NCBI RefSeq assembly: GCF_009914755.1 | Contig: NC_060925.1 | Direction: 5' to 3' (one strand) | Source: the human T2T-CHM13v2.0 reference genome, Homo sapiens | Length of the DNA stretch: 64,000 nt | Made by a program: the position numbers and the translations under genes | Part shown: positions 28,715-44,405 of the stretch, piece by piece | Layout: every line of letters starts with the position of its first letter | How positions within the stretch are numbered: position 1 is the first letter of the stretch | Notes under the pieces: model-generated | What the model was told of the DNA's origin: nothing | Database searches by the model: none | What the model saw: the letters and a program-made list of their open reading frames with translations, nothing else

Positions 28715-29499
28715 GTCTAACAGTATGGGTTCAATTGGGACATAAACCACAGACTAATATAAGCAGAAGAGTTTATTATAATGAATGATTAACCTATGAT
28801 GGAAGAGTACAAGAATATAGTGATAACTTTAACAGCACCCTAGGGATGAGTAAGCATACCCAAGTTCGGATAAGCTTGGAAGGGGGTCCCCTCTCTAAGA
28901 CTGGGGTGCAGATTTCATTGGAGAAGGTGTGTTTGCAGCCCACTGGTTTGCCTGGGCCATAGCTGGTCACGTCTCTGGGCAAGCAAGAAAACACACTTCT
29001 GGGGGCAGGTGAACTCTAGCTAGTGGGCAGGCATGCAGGAGTTAGGATGCTACAGTGAACGTGAAGCCCAGAGTGTACAGTATCTATGTAGGGAGGGCCC
29101 AGGAAACAAACCTCAGGGCACAGGCAAGCCTTGGCTGGTGCAGGTGCACAGTGCGTGGTGTCTGCATTGGAGGCAAACTGGTCACTGAGTCTAGGTCAGG
29201 ACTGCAAGGTTGCCAAAGGGCTCTGCACTCCGGGTATGCTGCTGGGGTGTGGCAGAGCACCCCCAGATGTCATTATACACCCACACCGCTGACCAATTGT
29301 GCTGCAGAAAAGGCAAACTGCATACCAGAGTCAGGAAGAGGACCCCCTTCCTCTAGCAGTGCCCCTCCATCACCTCCTACTGGCAAAGCATAACCTCATA
29401 TTCACTGTAAAGGGGGACCGGGAGCTGCTGAGTCCAGTCCGTTATCTCGGATTCAGTTCTAGAAGGCAAACTGAGGGATGAGAGGCAGTAACTGGCACA
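28715..29499 (-). mobile_element. LTR41-like ERVL solo LTR
   Basis: Minus-strand start TGTGCCAGTTACTGCCTCTC; ~780 bp; cccctccatcacctcctactggcaaagc motif. Confidence 0.55.
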
Positions 29500-31494
29500 G
29501 ATGGTAGGGAGGGTTGAGGTTTTAGGAGGTATGGTCTCATCTGGCATGACAGTCACGTGTGTTTGTGACTTAATATGGTAGGTGTCATGCTCATATGAAA
29601 GTGTCTCTAGAAACAAAAAGTGACATGCACGGGCTTAGACTTGGCTTGAGTCCTCTTTGGAAATCTTTCCAACTTTATCATGTTGGTGTAATGGTAATTA
29701 TTAACTTCAGGTCTGACACAGTGTTTGAAAGATAGCTGAATAGTCTTAATTTTGCCTTAATAGTTTAATAATAACATTTGAGGGTACATGTGAATTTTAT
29801 CTAGAAAAAATAAACATATTTAAACTCAATTTTTAAATTAAATATATGGGTAATAATCTTATTTGGCATTCCACTTCTTATCCTTGAAGAAAAAAATATC
29901 GCTAACCTAAATCCTTTCCCATAAATACAACACACTTTCTTTTTGCCAGATGCTTAAATGTCATTGGTCTGTTTTAAAGTAATTCTATTTGATCTCTGTG
30001 AAACAGATGGAAGTATTTGTTATACAAACCTTATTTAGAATGTAATCTTTTTTTCTCTCCTGATTGCATATGTTTGGCAGTGAGCTTTCTCTTCTAGATG
30101 TGAATGAATCTTGGTTAGCCTCCAAATCTAAACACACCCTAATTTCAAAAACCACAATCCTGAGGACTCAATTCCTGTTTACTGAGGAATTAAAACCTAG
30201 AGAAACCACATAGTTACTAAATGCAGTACAACCTAGTGAGTTTTTAAAAACAAAAATCATTACAGTTTATTTAGGGTTATTGACTGTCATTAAGTTCAGA
30301 GAGTAAGATCTTTTCCTAAGCAGTATATAATATTTACAGTTGGTTAACTATATCTATTGCTTCTGAATCTTGAAATATACTCCTTATATGGCAAAGTGAG
30401 CTTGTGAGGTGGATAGGAAGCAGTAGACTGTGGTGTGGGGAATGAGGGAGCAGATGAGGAAAATTACTCATTTTTTTAAGTGTGTTGAATGACTAACTTC
30501 AATTCAAAAATGTGTCTGTTAAAATATTCATGTATAACTATCAGTTGCATTGTGTTTTTCTGAAAATCATTTTTTTCTTTCTTTCATATTTAAGAAACAA
30601 ATAAACAAAAAATCTTAAGTATTCAACCAGACCAAAACCTGGACATGAATACTATTAGCAGTTCAACTGAAGAAAAATACATGAAAAAAGATAGGAAGGG
30701 AAAAAATTCAACACCCCCTTTGTCATTAAACAGTTCTAATCCAATTAGAAGGAAGAAAAAAAAGCAGGTAAAGTAGAAAGAATTAGAGATCTAAATTTAC
30801 ACTTCTCAGGATTGGATTTCACAGGCATACTTTATAGTTTTAGCAATCTTTGCTTAAAGATTACTAGGGTAGTAGTTGACATACCATAAACTTGAATCTG
30901 GAAGAAGGGTATCATGCATGCCACATGATACAGCATCCTCAAAAGTGTATACCATATTACATTAGTGAAAATGAATTGGATTAACTGTTCTGTGTTCCCA
31001 TAACTTCCTAGAGGAATTTAATTGATTCATGTTTTAAGCAACATTTAATCATCAGTTTCTTCAAACAAAAATGAGAGGAGTATTGACTTTCCCCACATAG
31101 CTGTTTTAAAACCATACTCTCAAATTTCATTGTTTTATTGAGTTGGTTCATGGAATCCCTGCAAGTATGCTCATTTTCAACCATAAACGTGCTTAAGGTG
31201 AATTTCAGAATTAAAAAAAAAGAAAAGCTTTGGATCTTGAATCACTTACAGATTGACTCTATAAACTTAATAAAAAATCAGAAATTATATTTCTTTCTTG
31301 TTAATCTAAGGTGTGACACTGCCTGTCACATCATAAAATTATTGACTGATTTTTTGATAGTTATGCTTCTTTTGGATAAACCAACTATATTGCATAAATT
31401 CCTGGAAAATGAAAATTAAAAGATTAACACAGCTGCATTGGAAATATGTGGAAATAAATGATCCGGGATTGTTCTTATATGTCGTTCCTGTTAT

Positions 31495-31657
31495 TTTACT
31501 TTATTTTATTAAGAGACAAGGTCTCGCTCTCTTGGCCAGGCTGGAGTGCAGTGGTGTGATCATAGCTCACTACAGCCTTGAACTGCTGAACTCAAGTGAT
31601 CCTCTTGCCTCACCCTCTCAAATAGCTGGAACTACAGGCATGCATCACCATGCTGGC
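31495..31657 (-). mobile_element. Alu monomer (FRAM / AluJ right arm)
   Basis: Single right-arm unit with J-type gatcatagctcactacagcc. Confidence 0.9.
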
Positions 31658-31839
31658 TTTCTCTTATTTTAATATGATATTTTTCTTTTATTAGTTGACA
31701 TCCAAAAGGCTGACATTGTAGAGCAGAGAGCAGTTTCATGTTCACATTGTGGAATTTATGGCCATTTACTTTTTGTAGGCGGGTAGGTTCTCTGAGCACT
31801 TCTCCTTCACATTTGTTTTTAGTTTTGCATGGTCCGTCC

Positions 31840-32235
31840 ACTTTACCATCTTGTAGCCCTCTGCTCTCCAGCCACCCACCCCCTTTTAGTTTCTCAAAAC
31901 CATGCAGATCCTACCACTAGAACAGCACTGACAAAAGGTGTTCCTTCAGGCAGGAGATTTCCACTTACCATCTCCTTCTAGTAAAAGTCTCCTGAATCTT
32001 CAGTTGTCATTCTTTTCTTCCTTAGGAATTCTTTGTATCAAATCCTTCCATTTCAGGCTCATACAGCAACATGCACCTTGTCTTTAGAATGCTTGTAAAC
32101 CTAGACATTGTACGCATATTCACTTTTCTTTACTCCCATTCTCTCTGATCTGATGAAAGTTCTGTTGTTTTTCCTTAGTATTGTATCTCCTTGGCACATA
32201 GTAAGCACTACAAAAAACATTTACCAGATGAATGC
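31840..32235 (+). mobile_element. L2 3' region
   Basis: Ends in cttggcacatagtaagcactacaaaaaacatttaccagatgaatg. Confidence 0.65.
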
Positions 32236-33270
32236 AAATAATTGTTTATGGCAGTTAGAACGCTACCCTTGACAAGTTCTCTTAAATAGAATTTCTTTTA
32301 AAATACCAGGGCTTTGATCATGATTTTAATGATGGCATTGTTTCTTGGAAGAAAGAGTAATTCTGTGATCAGATGTTCCACAAAGTACATTTGATTATCA
32401 GTGTTTACTTTTACATTTGAAATAAAGACTATTGCTTTCTTGGTCATTGTAACAGAAAGCAGAGTAACAATGTATTATAGAATCTGTTAGCCCAAGGAAA
32501 ATGCACTTCTCGAACTGATCAGATCGCTGCCCTACACACTTTACCTCCACACTTATCAATTTGCACATCAAGATTAGTGTTTTCCTTATATGTCAATGCA
32601 AAAGACTTAAGAGATTATTTTTAGAACTCCCCAGCACTTCTTCCTGTTCCTGACCTTTTCCTTCTCCTTACCCACCCATGCATCTTGTTCTGAAGTACAA
32701 GGCTCAATACAGAAATTAATCCCTTGGAATTTGCTATGTCACTTCCTATTGCAACATTTGCTTTTTAGATGACCAGTTACCACTTACCCTTTCTTTTGGG
32801 AGGTCTTTACTAAGTGAGCTGTCTACAAAACGATGAGTCGTCCTGGATGGGTGTTGTTAGAGCAGGCCATTAGTTCTCCATTCTACCCATCCGATGCTTC
32901 CTTTTTCTCCCATCCAAGTGGGAACCACTGATGCTTCCTTTTTCTAACAAATATGCATAACGCCCTTTTCACTATTCTGAAAAGAAATGTATGGATAATA
33001 AATCTATATACATAACTTAAGTCACCTAATGTCTGACACTTAATATAAAGTAGTGCAGTAATGTATAATATTATATGATGTATTTAAGTATGTGAATGCT
33101 TATGTGTGATTGAACCAGAAGATATAAGGAAGTACATATTTGTTAAGGTATTTATAATCACCTTGAATACAATATCTAACAATGGTTTTATCACCATTAA
33201 TGAGATTTTCCAAAATAGTCAACAGTAAATTTGAAGTAGAGTTTTTCTTAGATACTGCAGCATGGTTTTA

Positions 33271-33701
<431 letters not shown>

Positions 33702-35709
33702 TCAAATTATGCTTTTGTACATAAAAAGCTACTAAGGAAGATGCTGGTATCTATTACTGTCCTCTGCAAGGAAAAAGTAATTTTGTTGGGGAGCTACAAT
33801 ATGCATACAATTTTAATTATCATATAAGAATTCCACTGCTAGCATTCTATGAATAGTAGTTTAACAGAAAACACATCATAAGGCACTTTAAGTACCAACC
33901 TTAAAAAAGGGGGAGTAGATCATAAAGACTGTGGTGTTTTGGGAGGGGAAATATGGCATCCATCTGTAGCAAGGAGTGCAAATATTGCTTGAATTGAAAG
34001 GAGAGAAAGGGAGAAAGGGAGGGTTGCTGTATTACGTCTATGCCAGATTCACATTTCCCTCAGAAATGCTAGGTTCAACTACTGACCTATTTTAAATCAC
34101 AGGCCTGTCTTCAATATGTACTGACCTGAAATGAAAAAATAGTCCAAATTTCTACTTTTTAAAAAGAGAGAGGAAAGAGGAGAAGCAAAAGGATCACTGT
34201 TATTGTTGTCCTCCTCAAGTTCTTTATAAAAATAGCTGGAGAATAAATCCTTAATAAATGTAAAAATTTTGGAATACTTTCATGTTCGTTTCATCCTAGC
34301 TTTGATCCTTGCCGCTATTTTTCCTCATGTTTTCAGTTCTAAATGTAAACCTGTTTGATAATGGAAACCCTTGTTTGCTTCTCCTTTTATTATGACTTTT
34401 TTTGGTTTCTCAGGAGGTCTTTGCTCAGGAGAACATGAATTGCACATCCTTGTGTGTGGTGTTGAATTGTTTGTAAGTTCCCTGTCTGCCTCTACCAGCC
34501 ATTGTTTTTACATAAATTCTGTTCTTCTGTGATCTGCCTCGTTTGTCTCTTTGAGAACATTAACAAGCCTTTTAGCTTAGTGGAATACAAAAGTGTTTCC
34601 TGCGCATTCACTCTTTAATAACTATTCAGCTCTTCTGGGAGGACAGTTTCTTCTGACACACATAGAGTAAACATTTTCCAGTAATTTTCCTTGATGGCAG
34701 GCAAGCATTAGGGAAATGGTGCAGTTGGCTAGCAACCCCAGTAAATTTTGCCAACCTGATGCCATAAATGTTCACTAGGCTGTCTTCAAATTCCTTTATT
34801 CTGCTGATGTTACAGGAATGGACTTAAGACTAAGCATATTGTAGTTTATATATAAGACTTTCAGGTTTGGCCTGTGTGGTCATATAAGGTAGAGGTTTTT
34901 GAATGGTAGCAAACATAATTGTTCTCATGCCTGCTAAAAACCTTGGTTATGACTAAAGCTGGATCCTAACTTAAAATTATGCATGAACAGTAAAAACATT
35001 TGATGGTTTTGATGTATTATGTTTGATAGGGTCATCAACCTTCCCTTCTTACTTCCCATGATTGCAACAACTGAAATTTAACTGGGCAATAAATTTATTA
35101 AAGGAATAAATAGTCAACTCTCTTAATAAGGATGTAGAACTCCTATCATGTTTTTCTTCACTGAACTTATTTAGGAACTTGAGTGATTCCAGATGGTATT
35201 ACATGAGTATTTGGCTCTGAATTTCTTGTTTTCTCACATTTGCCAACATACAAGTGTTCAAGACTTTCAGGTCCCTGAGGAGCTGTTCAGCCATTGGATA
35301 TACAACTTTAGGTTGCTATGGTATATTTGATCATTCTTTTGAAAGTTCTCCTCAGTCCTTGGCATTTTAAAATATGAAAATTATTTAATGTAACCCGGAG
35401 AAGAAAGATCTGTGGAGCTGTAGTGTGTGAGTCAGTGGACCATAAAATGTAGATCTCTTGAAAAGCTAGTTTTCAAGATGAGACGAGATCAACAAGTAGT
35501 ATATAGACCACCCATAAACTCTTGAATGTGGAATGTGTAAAAATGTATTTAAGTGGCCCTTTAATAATGCAAAAGTATTTTCCCTTAAATGTGCTGGGAA
35601 GTCCCCAGTCCAACACACAAAAGGCCATTTCATGCATAACATATATATAGGGTTTTTACATACTCAAATAAAATGAGAGAACCAAACCACGAGATCTTTT
35701 TTCCCCTCC

Positions 35710-36390
35710 AATAAATATTTAGAGTGAACCTACTGTGTGCCAGGCACTGTTCTAGGTGTTGGTATTACAAAAATGAATCTTATATTCACCTCTTTGAAGA
35801 GCTTTGGATGTAATGTGGATGACAAACATGAAACCAAATAATTAAAACCTATTGTTCTTAAGTGCTAGATAGAGTTCTTTGGAAAGAGTGGGGCAGTTGC
35901 TGAAAAGGCAACAAGGACTTGATCTTCGGGGAGGTAGAAGGATGTTCATAGAGAGGCAGTATCTGGGATTGTTCTTAAATGTTGGTCAATAATATGCTGC
36001 AGAGAAGAGATAAAGACCCAGCAGATGGAGCAGTATGATCAAAGGCATGGATGTAAAAATCTATAATGTGTTTTAGGTGAGGAATTTTGTGTTGCTGACA
36101 AGTAGTGCCTAGGGAAATGGGAGTCAGAGGAGGGGCAGGGATTGAGACTGGCAGGGATGGATGTGGACAGGTTGCTGTGGGGTAGCAATGAGAGTGAGAG
36201 GGAGAAGTCTGTTTCTAAGATGTTTTTCAGGGGAAGACTCAACAGGAAATGTTGGTAACAGGATGTGGGAGACAGGAGACCATACACAGGCTTCTTTCTT
36301 GGGTATTTGGATCACCATAGCTGGGATTGGATGTTCAAAATGATGAACAGATTTGGGGACAAAATAGAACGGATGATCAATGGCTCATTT
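35710..36390 (-). mobile_element. L2 fragment (continues at ~38340-39000)
   Basis: Reverse L2 3' end: aataaatatttagagtgaacctactgtgtgccaggcactgttctagg. Confidence 0.75.
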
Positions 36391-36394
36391 TGTT

Positions 36395-38290
<1,896 letters not shown>

Positions 38291-38339
38291 AAAAATAATT
38301 GTTAATCAGTAAAAAGTTTTGAATAGGATATACATGCTC

Positions 38340-39000
38340 TGATTTGCACCTTTTAAAAACAATCACATTAAGTACTTCATAGAACATGTGTTAGAGAGAG
38401 TCAGGGATGATTTAGGGGAGACCAATCAGGATATTAGAATAGTTGAGTTGAGAGATGGCGGTTTGGACAAGGATGGTGGCAGTGGAGGTGGATCTGAGAC
38501 TCAGTGATTCACTGGATGTGGAAGTGAAATATGAGTAGATGTTTAGGATAACCCCCAGCTTTCTGGGTGGGTGACGAGTTTTCCAGTTTACTGGAATGAG
38601 GATCACTGAAGATTTAGAGGAAGAAAACCTGACTTGATTTTGAAATATGTTTCATCTAAGATGCTTCTGAAGTATGCAGGTGAAAAAGTTGAGAAAGTAA
38701 TGGTCTGTCTGGACGTGGAATGAAAATACAGGCTTAGAAGGGAAACCAGAGCTAAATGTATTTATTATATAGTGTGGTGAGGTATAGTGGATGAAGACCT
38801 GGCAGTGGGGATGGAGTGGGTTCAGCAGAGGGAGGGAAGAGATTCACAAGAAGAAGATGTAATGTAATCAAAGGGAGCAATATTAGGATGTAAGGTTGCC
38901 TAGTCAACATAAAAGTATCAGGAGTGATGGCGTTTGTGGAGAGAGGCAAAGGGCTTAGCATTTAGCTACATTATGAAATTGGAGAGAAAATGAATAAAGG
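38340..39000 (-). mobile_element. L2 fragment
   Basis: gagagatggcggtttggacaaggatggtggcagtggaggtgg...ggataacccccagctttctgg. Confidence 0.7.
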
Positions 39001-39273
39001 AACTCGTAGAAGTTTGGCCAGCCCAATATTTCTACATTATATCCCTTAGAACACTGGTTCCTTGGGGGATATCTTTCTGTCTGTCTGTCTTAGACACACA
39101 CAAATGCACACGTTTTGTGAGAAATTAAGTATAAGGAATGCTCTTAAACAAAACTAGTATTTCCAACAGCATAATTTCAAAGAGTGTTTAGCATCGTGAG
39201 TCTTCACAACAGATGTGGTATACAACAATTCCTAAGACATCTCAGGGATTTAAGTTAGTGTCCTCTGGGAGTT

Positions 39274-39467
39274 AGTTCTTGTAGACTGAAACGATGTCGT
39301 CTTGGAAGGGACTTTCCCTTATGGAAGTGAAAAAGACTGGGCGAGGGAAGGTTTGTTAGTTGAATGTTCAGAACCTGGAAATTCTTTGATGTGATTAACT
39401 AATGTATAAGTGTGGAGCCACTTTGTTCGTGTATTTGGCCATAAGGAAGAATGAGCCTATTTCAGCA
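39274..39467 (+). repeat. Copy 1 of a ~195-bp local direct duplication
   Basis: Aligns with 39871-40066 at ~91-92% identity by hand count. Confidence 0.95.
39308..39332 (+). promoter_or_regulatory. Candidate NF-kB (GGGACTTTCC) plus ETS-IRF composite (GGAAGTGAAA) module
   Basis: Exact consensus matches, repeated at 39905-39929; function not shown. Confidence 0.4.
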
Positions 39468-39870
39468 TTCGAGAAATAGTTGCTTAGCACCATTCATAAA
39501 CTCAGCAGAAATGGGTATCAATTCAATATCATAGCCGCCTGTTTCCCCTCCCCCGCAAATGAAACATCTTCCTGCCTATAGCGTTAATGATTTTTTTCCC
39601 CAGGAGTTGAAATAGTACAATTCGGTTGCAGAAGGTATATGAGTCTAGGGTGGTGGAGGTTGAAGTATTTGGTGAAATCTGCGATGACATCTAGGAATCT
39701 GAATCTGCGCTGGCTGGTGGTGACTGGTGAAAGCATCCAGGTTAGCAGCAACTGGGGTGTGTTTCATTTATAGGCAAACACAGTAAATCTTGAGAAAGGA
39801 ATATTCTGCTACAGATCTGCAAATGATCAGGGTGAGATTGGGAAGGGGTGAAAGGAAGGAGCAAAAAGAC

Positions 39871-40066
39871 AGTACTTGTAGACTGAAACGATGTCATCTT
39901 GGAAGGGACTTTCCCTAATGGAAGTGAAAAAGACTGGGGGAGAGGGAAGGTTTGTTAGTTGAAAGTTTGGAACCTGGAAATTCTTTTATGTGATTAATTA
40001 ATGTGTAAGTGTGTAGCCACTTTGCTCATGTATTTGGCCATAAGGAAGAATGAGCCTGTTTCAACA
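39871..40066 (+). repeat. Copy 2 of a ~195-bp local direct duplication
   Basis: Aligns with 39274-39467. Confidence 0.95.
39905..39929 (+). promoter_or_regulatory. Second copy of the candidate NF-kB plus ETS-IRF module
   Basis: GGGACTTTCC at 39905-39914 and GGAAGTGAAA at 39920-39929. Confidence 0.4.
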
Positions 40067-40389
40067 ATGGCTCGTGTTTGTTCCATGTAAATGGCAAAGA
40101 ACCAGGTACTTAGCACAGAAGACAAATGAGGAAAATTGTAGCTTCCTCACATATCTGAAAGAGATTTTGAAATGACCCTAGAGAGTGGACCTGGGACCGA
40201 TAGCTAAAAGTAGAGGAAATGTTTTGTTTAGTATAAAGAAGCCCATAGTTTTGGTGTTTCTGAACACTGTTCTTTAAAGATGTGATGACCAATTTAGGAC
40301 GACAGTGAATTTTGTCACTCAAAGTGCTTAAGTATGGGGGTGGGTGGTTGAGAATTTAATGATCAGCTAGATAGGAAGGTTTTACCGAA

Positions 40390-42001
40390 CATTAGTTCTC
40401 AGTGTCTGCTCCGTGGATGCCCAGGGATTCCTGCCATTCTTTTTGAGGGGATCTGCAAGGTCAAAACTATTTTCCTGATACCGCTAAGATGGTATTTGCC
40501 TCCTTGTGTAAACAGCTGTGCTGATTAAGCAAAAGCAGCGGTAGGTAAAAACGCTGGTGCCTCAGCAAGAACCAAGGCAGTGACACCAAACTAAGTTGTT
40601 GCTGTAATTCTTCACCACTATGCTCTCACAGGGGGAAAAAGTCATTTCCTTTGATAGAGCAATAAAAATGATCTATTCTATTAAAACTCAGCTATTTAAT
40701 ATGTGTCTGAATCTTCTGTGTGATGAGGTGGGAAGTAAACATAAAGTCTACTGCATGGCAAAGTATGTCGTTATTTTGATGAAAAATACTTGTGTGATTA
40801 TTTAAATTGTGAATTGAACTTGTTTTTTTTTTTTCATTGAACACCATTTCTACCTGAAAACCAGACTGCAAACCGTGGTTATTCATACCTTGATATTTGC
40901 TAGACATTTTCTTGAACAAAGTAAGCCAGTTACGTCAAGGAAAACCACTCAGAGTATTTGTTACCAAGGATAAAGTCTAAGCTCTAAAGCAAAAATTAGA
41001 ATGTTGGAAGTCTTTTATCCACCAGCATAAGCTTGAAAGTTTCACCTATACTTAAATACTTTTTTCTGATAGGATTACAGATGGTATTTTTAAAGAATTG
41101 ACTTTATTTTTAGTAATCCAAAATGACATATCCCAGAATCTGGGAGCTCTGTGTAAATCAGTGAATCAATAATTTTTAAATGACCATTCTCATTGCAAGA
41201 TAGAAAATAAATTTTTATGTAACATAGTACAAAAAGTAAATTGATATGGTTTTCACTAACTTGGTGTAGTACTAAAGATTATCTACACTTATCTGAAAAA
41301 GCTATTAAAATATTCCTCACTTTCCCAACTACCTATCTGTATGAAGCTAGATTCTTTTCCTATACTTCATCCAAAGCAGCAAATCACATTAGATTGAATG
41401 CAAAAGCAGATACAGATTCCAGCTATAAGCCAGACAATAAACAGAACTTCAAAAATGTTAAACATTGCGACTCCTCTAATTTAAAGAAAAAAATCAAATT
41501 ATTTTTACATTAATGGACTTTTATGATAATTTTGATTGAATGAATACATATTTGAAACACTTCTTGGTTTAATACCTAATATGGTAAATATCAGTAGCTA
41601 TACAGATACTCCTCAACTTATGATGGGGTTATGTCCCAGTAAACCCATTATAAGTTGAAAATATCTTTAATAAACAGTGCATTTAATACACCTAGCTTAT
41701 CTATCAAATATCACAGCTTTCCCTAGCCACCCTTAGCCTACAGTTGGACAAAATCATGTCACAAAAAGCCGATTTTATATAAAGCTAATATAAAAATTTT
41801 GAGTCAAAATTCAAAATATGATTTTTACTGAAAGTCTATTGCTTTTCCCACCCCAACTTACTATGGTTTAAAAAAAAATCATAAATCAAACCATAGTAAG
41901 TTGAGGACCCTCTGTAATCCTCAAAAACTAAAGCTCCTTGGCATCTTCTATAATTTTTAGGAGAGTAAAGAATCTTCGGTCTAAAATGCTTGAGAATTGC
42001 T
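40390..42001 (+). mobile_element. Charlie1a/1b hAT DNA transposon fossil
   Basis: 5' end gagggggatctgcaaggtcaaaactattttcc..., transposase-remnant body, 3' end gcttgagaattgct. Confidence 0.85.
41603..41914 (+). mobile_element. MER47A-like (Tigger5 derivative) nested in Charlie1
   Basis: TA|cagatactcctcaacttatgatgg ... catagtaagttgaggaccctctg|TA. Confidence 0.88.
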
Positions 42002-42714
42002 ATAGTTGATGGCCTGTGCTTCTTTCCATCCCTGAGATTTTTATGATTCTATGATATTATACTAATTCAGTGCTTGCTGAAAGTGTCCACGCAAAGGAAT
42101 TTCTCTCTTCCTTGCCAGGCGTGCCAACACTCAGGCTTTGCTACGACAGAGAGAGGATTTAGAGACGAGAAACAGACAGGTGTTGTCCCTGTCCTCACAG
42201 AACTTCCAGTCTCTGTGTGGAAGATATAAACCCAAAATTCACAAAAATAAATAAAATTACAGTGGCGGTATGCTAGAGAGGAAAAGTAGTTGGAAGAGGG
42301 TCTTTCCTCAAGAAACAGTTCCCCCATGAAGTGACTGAGCATGTATACGTAATGAGCCTTTCAGACCGAGGAATCCACACGTGGAAGGGCACTGTGGGGG
42401 ATGGAAAGCACTGTTGTTCCGTGTCACCATGAGAGAGGGCTTGTGGCTGGCACACACGTTCCTGGAAAAGAGTGAAGCTGAACTGTGGTCCCCTTGGTGT
42501 TCCATGGCAAGCATGTTGCCATTTATCCTTTGCAAGATATTTAGGAGGTTAATTTTTTTGTCTATGTCATAACTTCTCTAAACCTGTTCTTTATCTTCAT
42601 TGTTCCTCAAGTTCATTTCATAATAACTTGATTTCCCTTCCTGATCTTCCGCCATCCCCAAGAACCCCCCTCCTCTTTATTTTCCGTGGCTGGTTCATCA
42701 TTGTTGAATTTTAG

Positions 42715-43163
<449 letters not shown>

Positions 43164-43179
43164 CAGACCTTTGACCTTT

Positions 43180-43815
43180 TTCACTCTGTGTCATCCTCTT
43201 CAACCTGACCTTCCTTATTTATGGGCAGTAACCTCACTTCCAAATTTAGTAACAAAGTTGAGATCATCCACGTGAAAGATCTTTCTAATATTCTTTTCTG
43301 TATCAAAATCCTCTGTGTCCTTGTTCTTCCCTTCCGTTGTTGTTCCCATTTGTGAGGATAAAAATGTCTACTTTCCTACATTTTCTGTCTCTGACCTCTT
43401 CTCTCACATCTCTGCTGGCTTCTCCTCATCCTCCTTCCTGTTCTTCCTCCTCTTGCCTGTTTCTTGATAGGTGAGCCTCCCCCAGGATCTGTCCTTGGCT
43501 GACTTCTGTCTTTCCTCTGAAGCTTCCTCCTCAGGGTTCTCTTCATGTCTGACTTAAGGACAGCTGATTCCCAATGGTATCTTTTGCCCTCGCAGCTCTC
43601 CGAATGTTCCAAGTTCTCTCAAGCCTCACTGTCATGCTACCATTACTTAGTACCACAAAAGGAACACCTGTCACACTGTTTCATGGCAGTTTATTCTTTT
43701 GTCTGCCTCCTGTTTGGGCTGCCTGAAGGCAAGAGTTGGGATTTGCTAGCCCTTGTTTTCCCCCTTACCATAATAGTGAGTTGTGGTCCGCGAGTGATAC
43801 TTATTTGATGAATTG
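43180..43815 (+). mobile_element. L2 fragments
   Basis: Pyrimidine-rich sense L2 ending gtgatacttatttgatgaattgaa. Confidence 0.55.
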
Positions 43816-44044
43816 AAAGCACCAATTTCAAGCCTGCTTTACATTCCTAACACTTTAGAGATCTCCCCATCTGGACATTCCAACTGGGTAATTTTTCATT
43901 TGCTATTGATTTATACACTATTCTGGTGAAGTTACCTTTTCCAGAGCACTGTCGGATTGAATAGGAGAGGGCATTATTTGAAAATTGGCACTTGATGAAA
44001 ACGATTTTTAAAAAATACAAACTGTGCTACAAGAAATGGTTTAA

Positions 44045-44405
44045 GGCCAGGCGCAGAGGCTCATGCCTGTAATCCCAGCACTTCGGGAGCTCCAGGAAGG
44101 CGGATCACTTGAGGCTATCGAGACCAGCCTGGCTAACATGGCGAAGCCCTGTCTCTACTAAAACTACAAAAATTACCTGGGCATGCATGGTGGCTGGCAC
44201 ACACCTGTAATCCCAGCTACCTAAGTGGCTGAGGCATGAGAATTGCTTAAACCTGGGAGGCAGAGGTTGTAGTGAGCCGAGATCATATCACTGCACTACA
44301 GCCCGGGCAACAGAGTGACAGAGTGAGACCCTGTCGAAAGAAGGAAAGAGAGAGAGAGAGAGAGGGAGGGAGGGAGGGAGGGAAGAAAGAAAGAGAAAAA
44401 GAAAA
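44045..44405 (+). mobile_element. Alu (old S/J) with GA/GGGA tail
   Basis: Full Alu with small indels; tail (GA)n(GGGA)5. Confidence 0.93.

Noticed and set aside
39280-40066. Reading the two 195-bp direct repeats as LTRs of a miniature retrotransposon (TG...CA ends, purine-rich tract before copy 2)
   Set aside because: No target-site duplication, no TGG primer-binding site after copy 1, and homology extends a few bases 5' of the TG. A local duplication is simpler.
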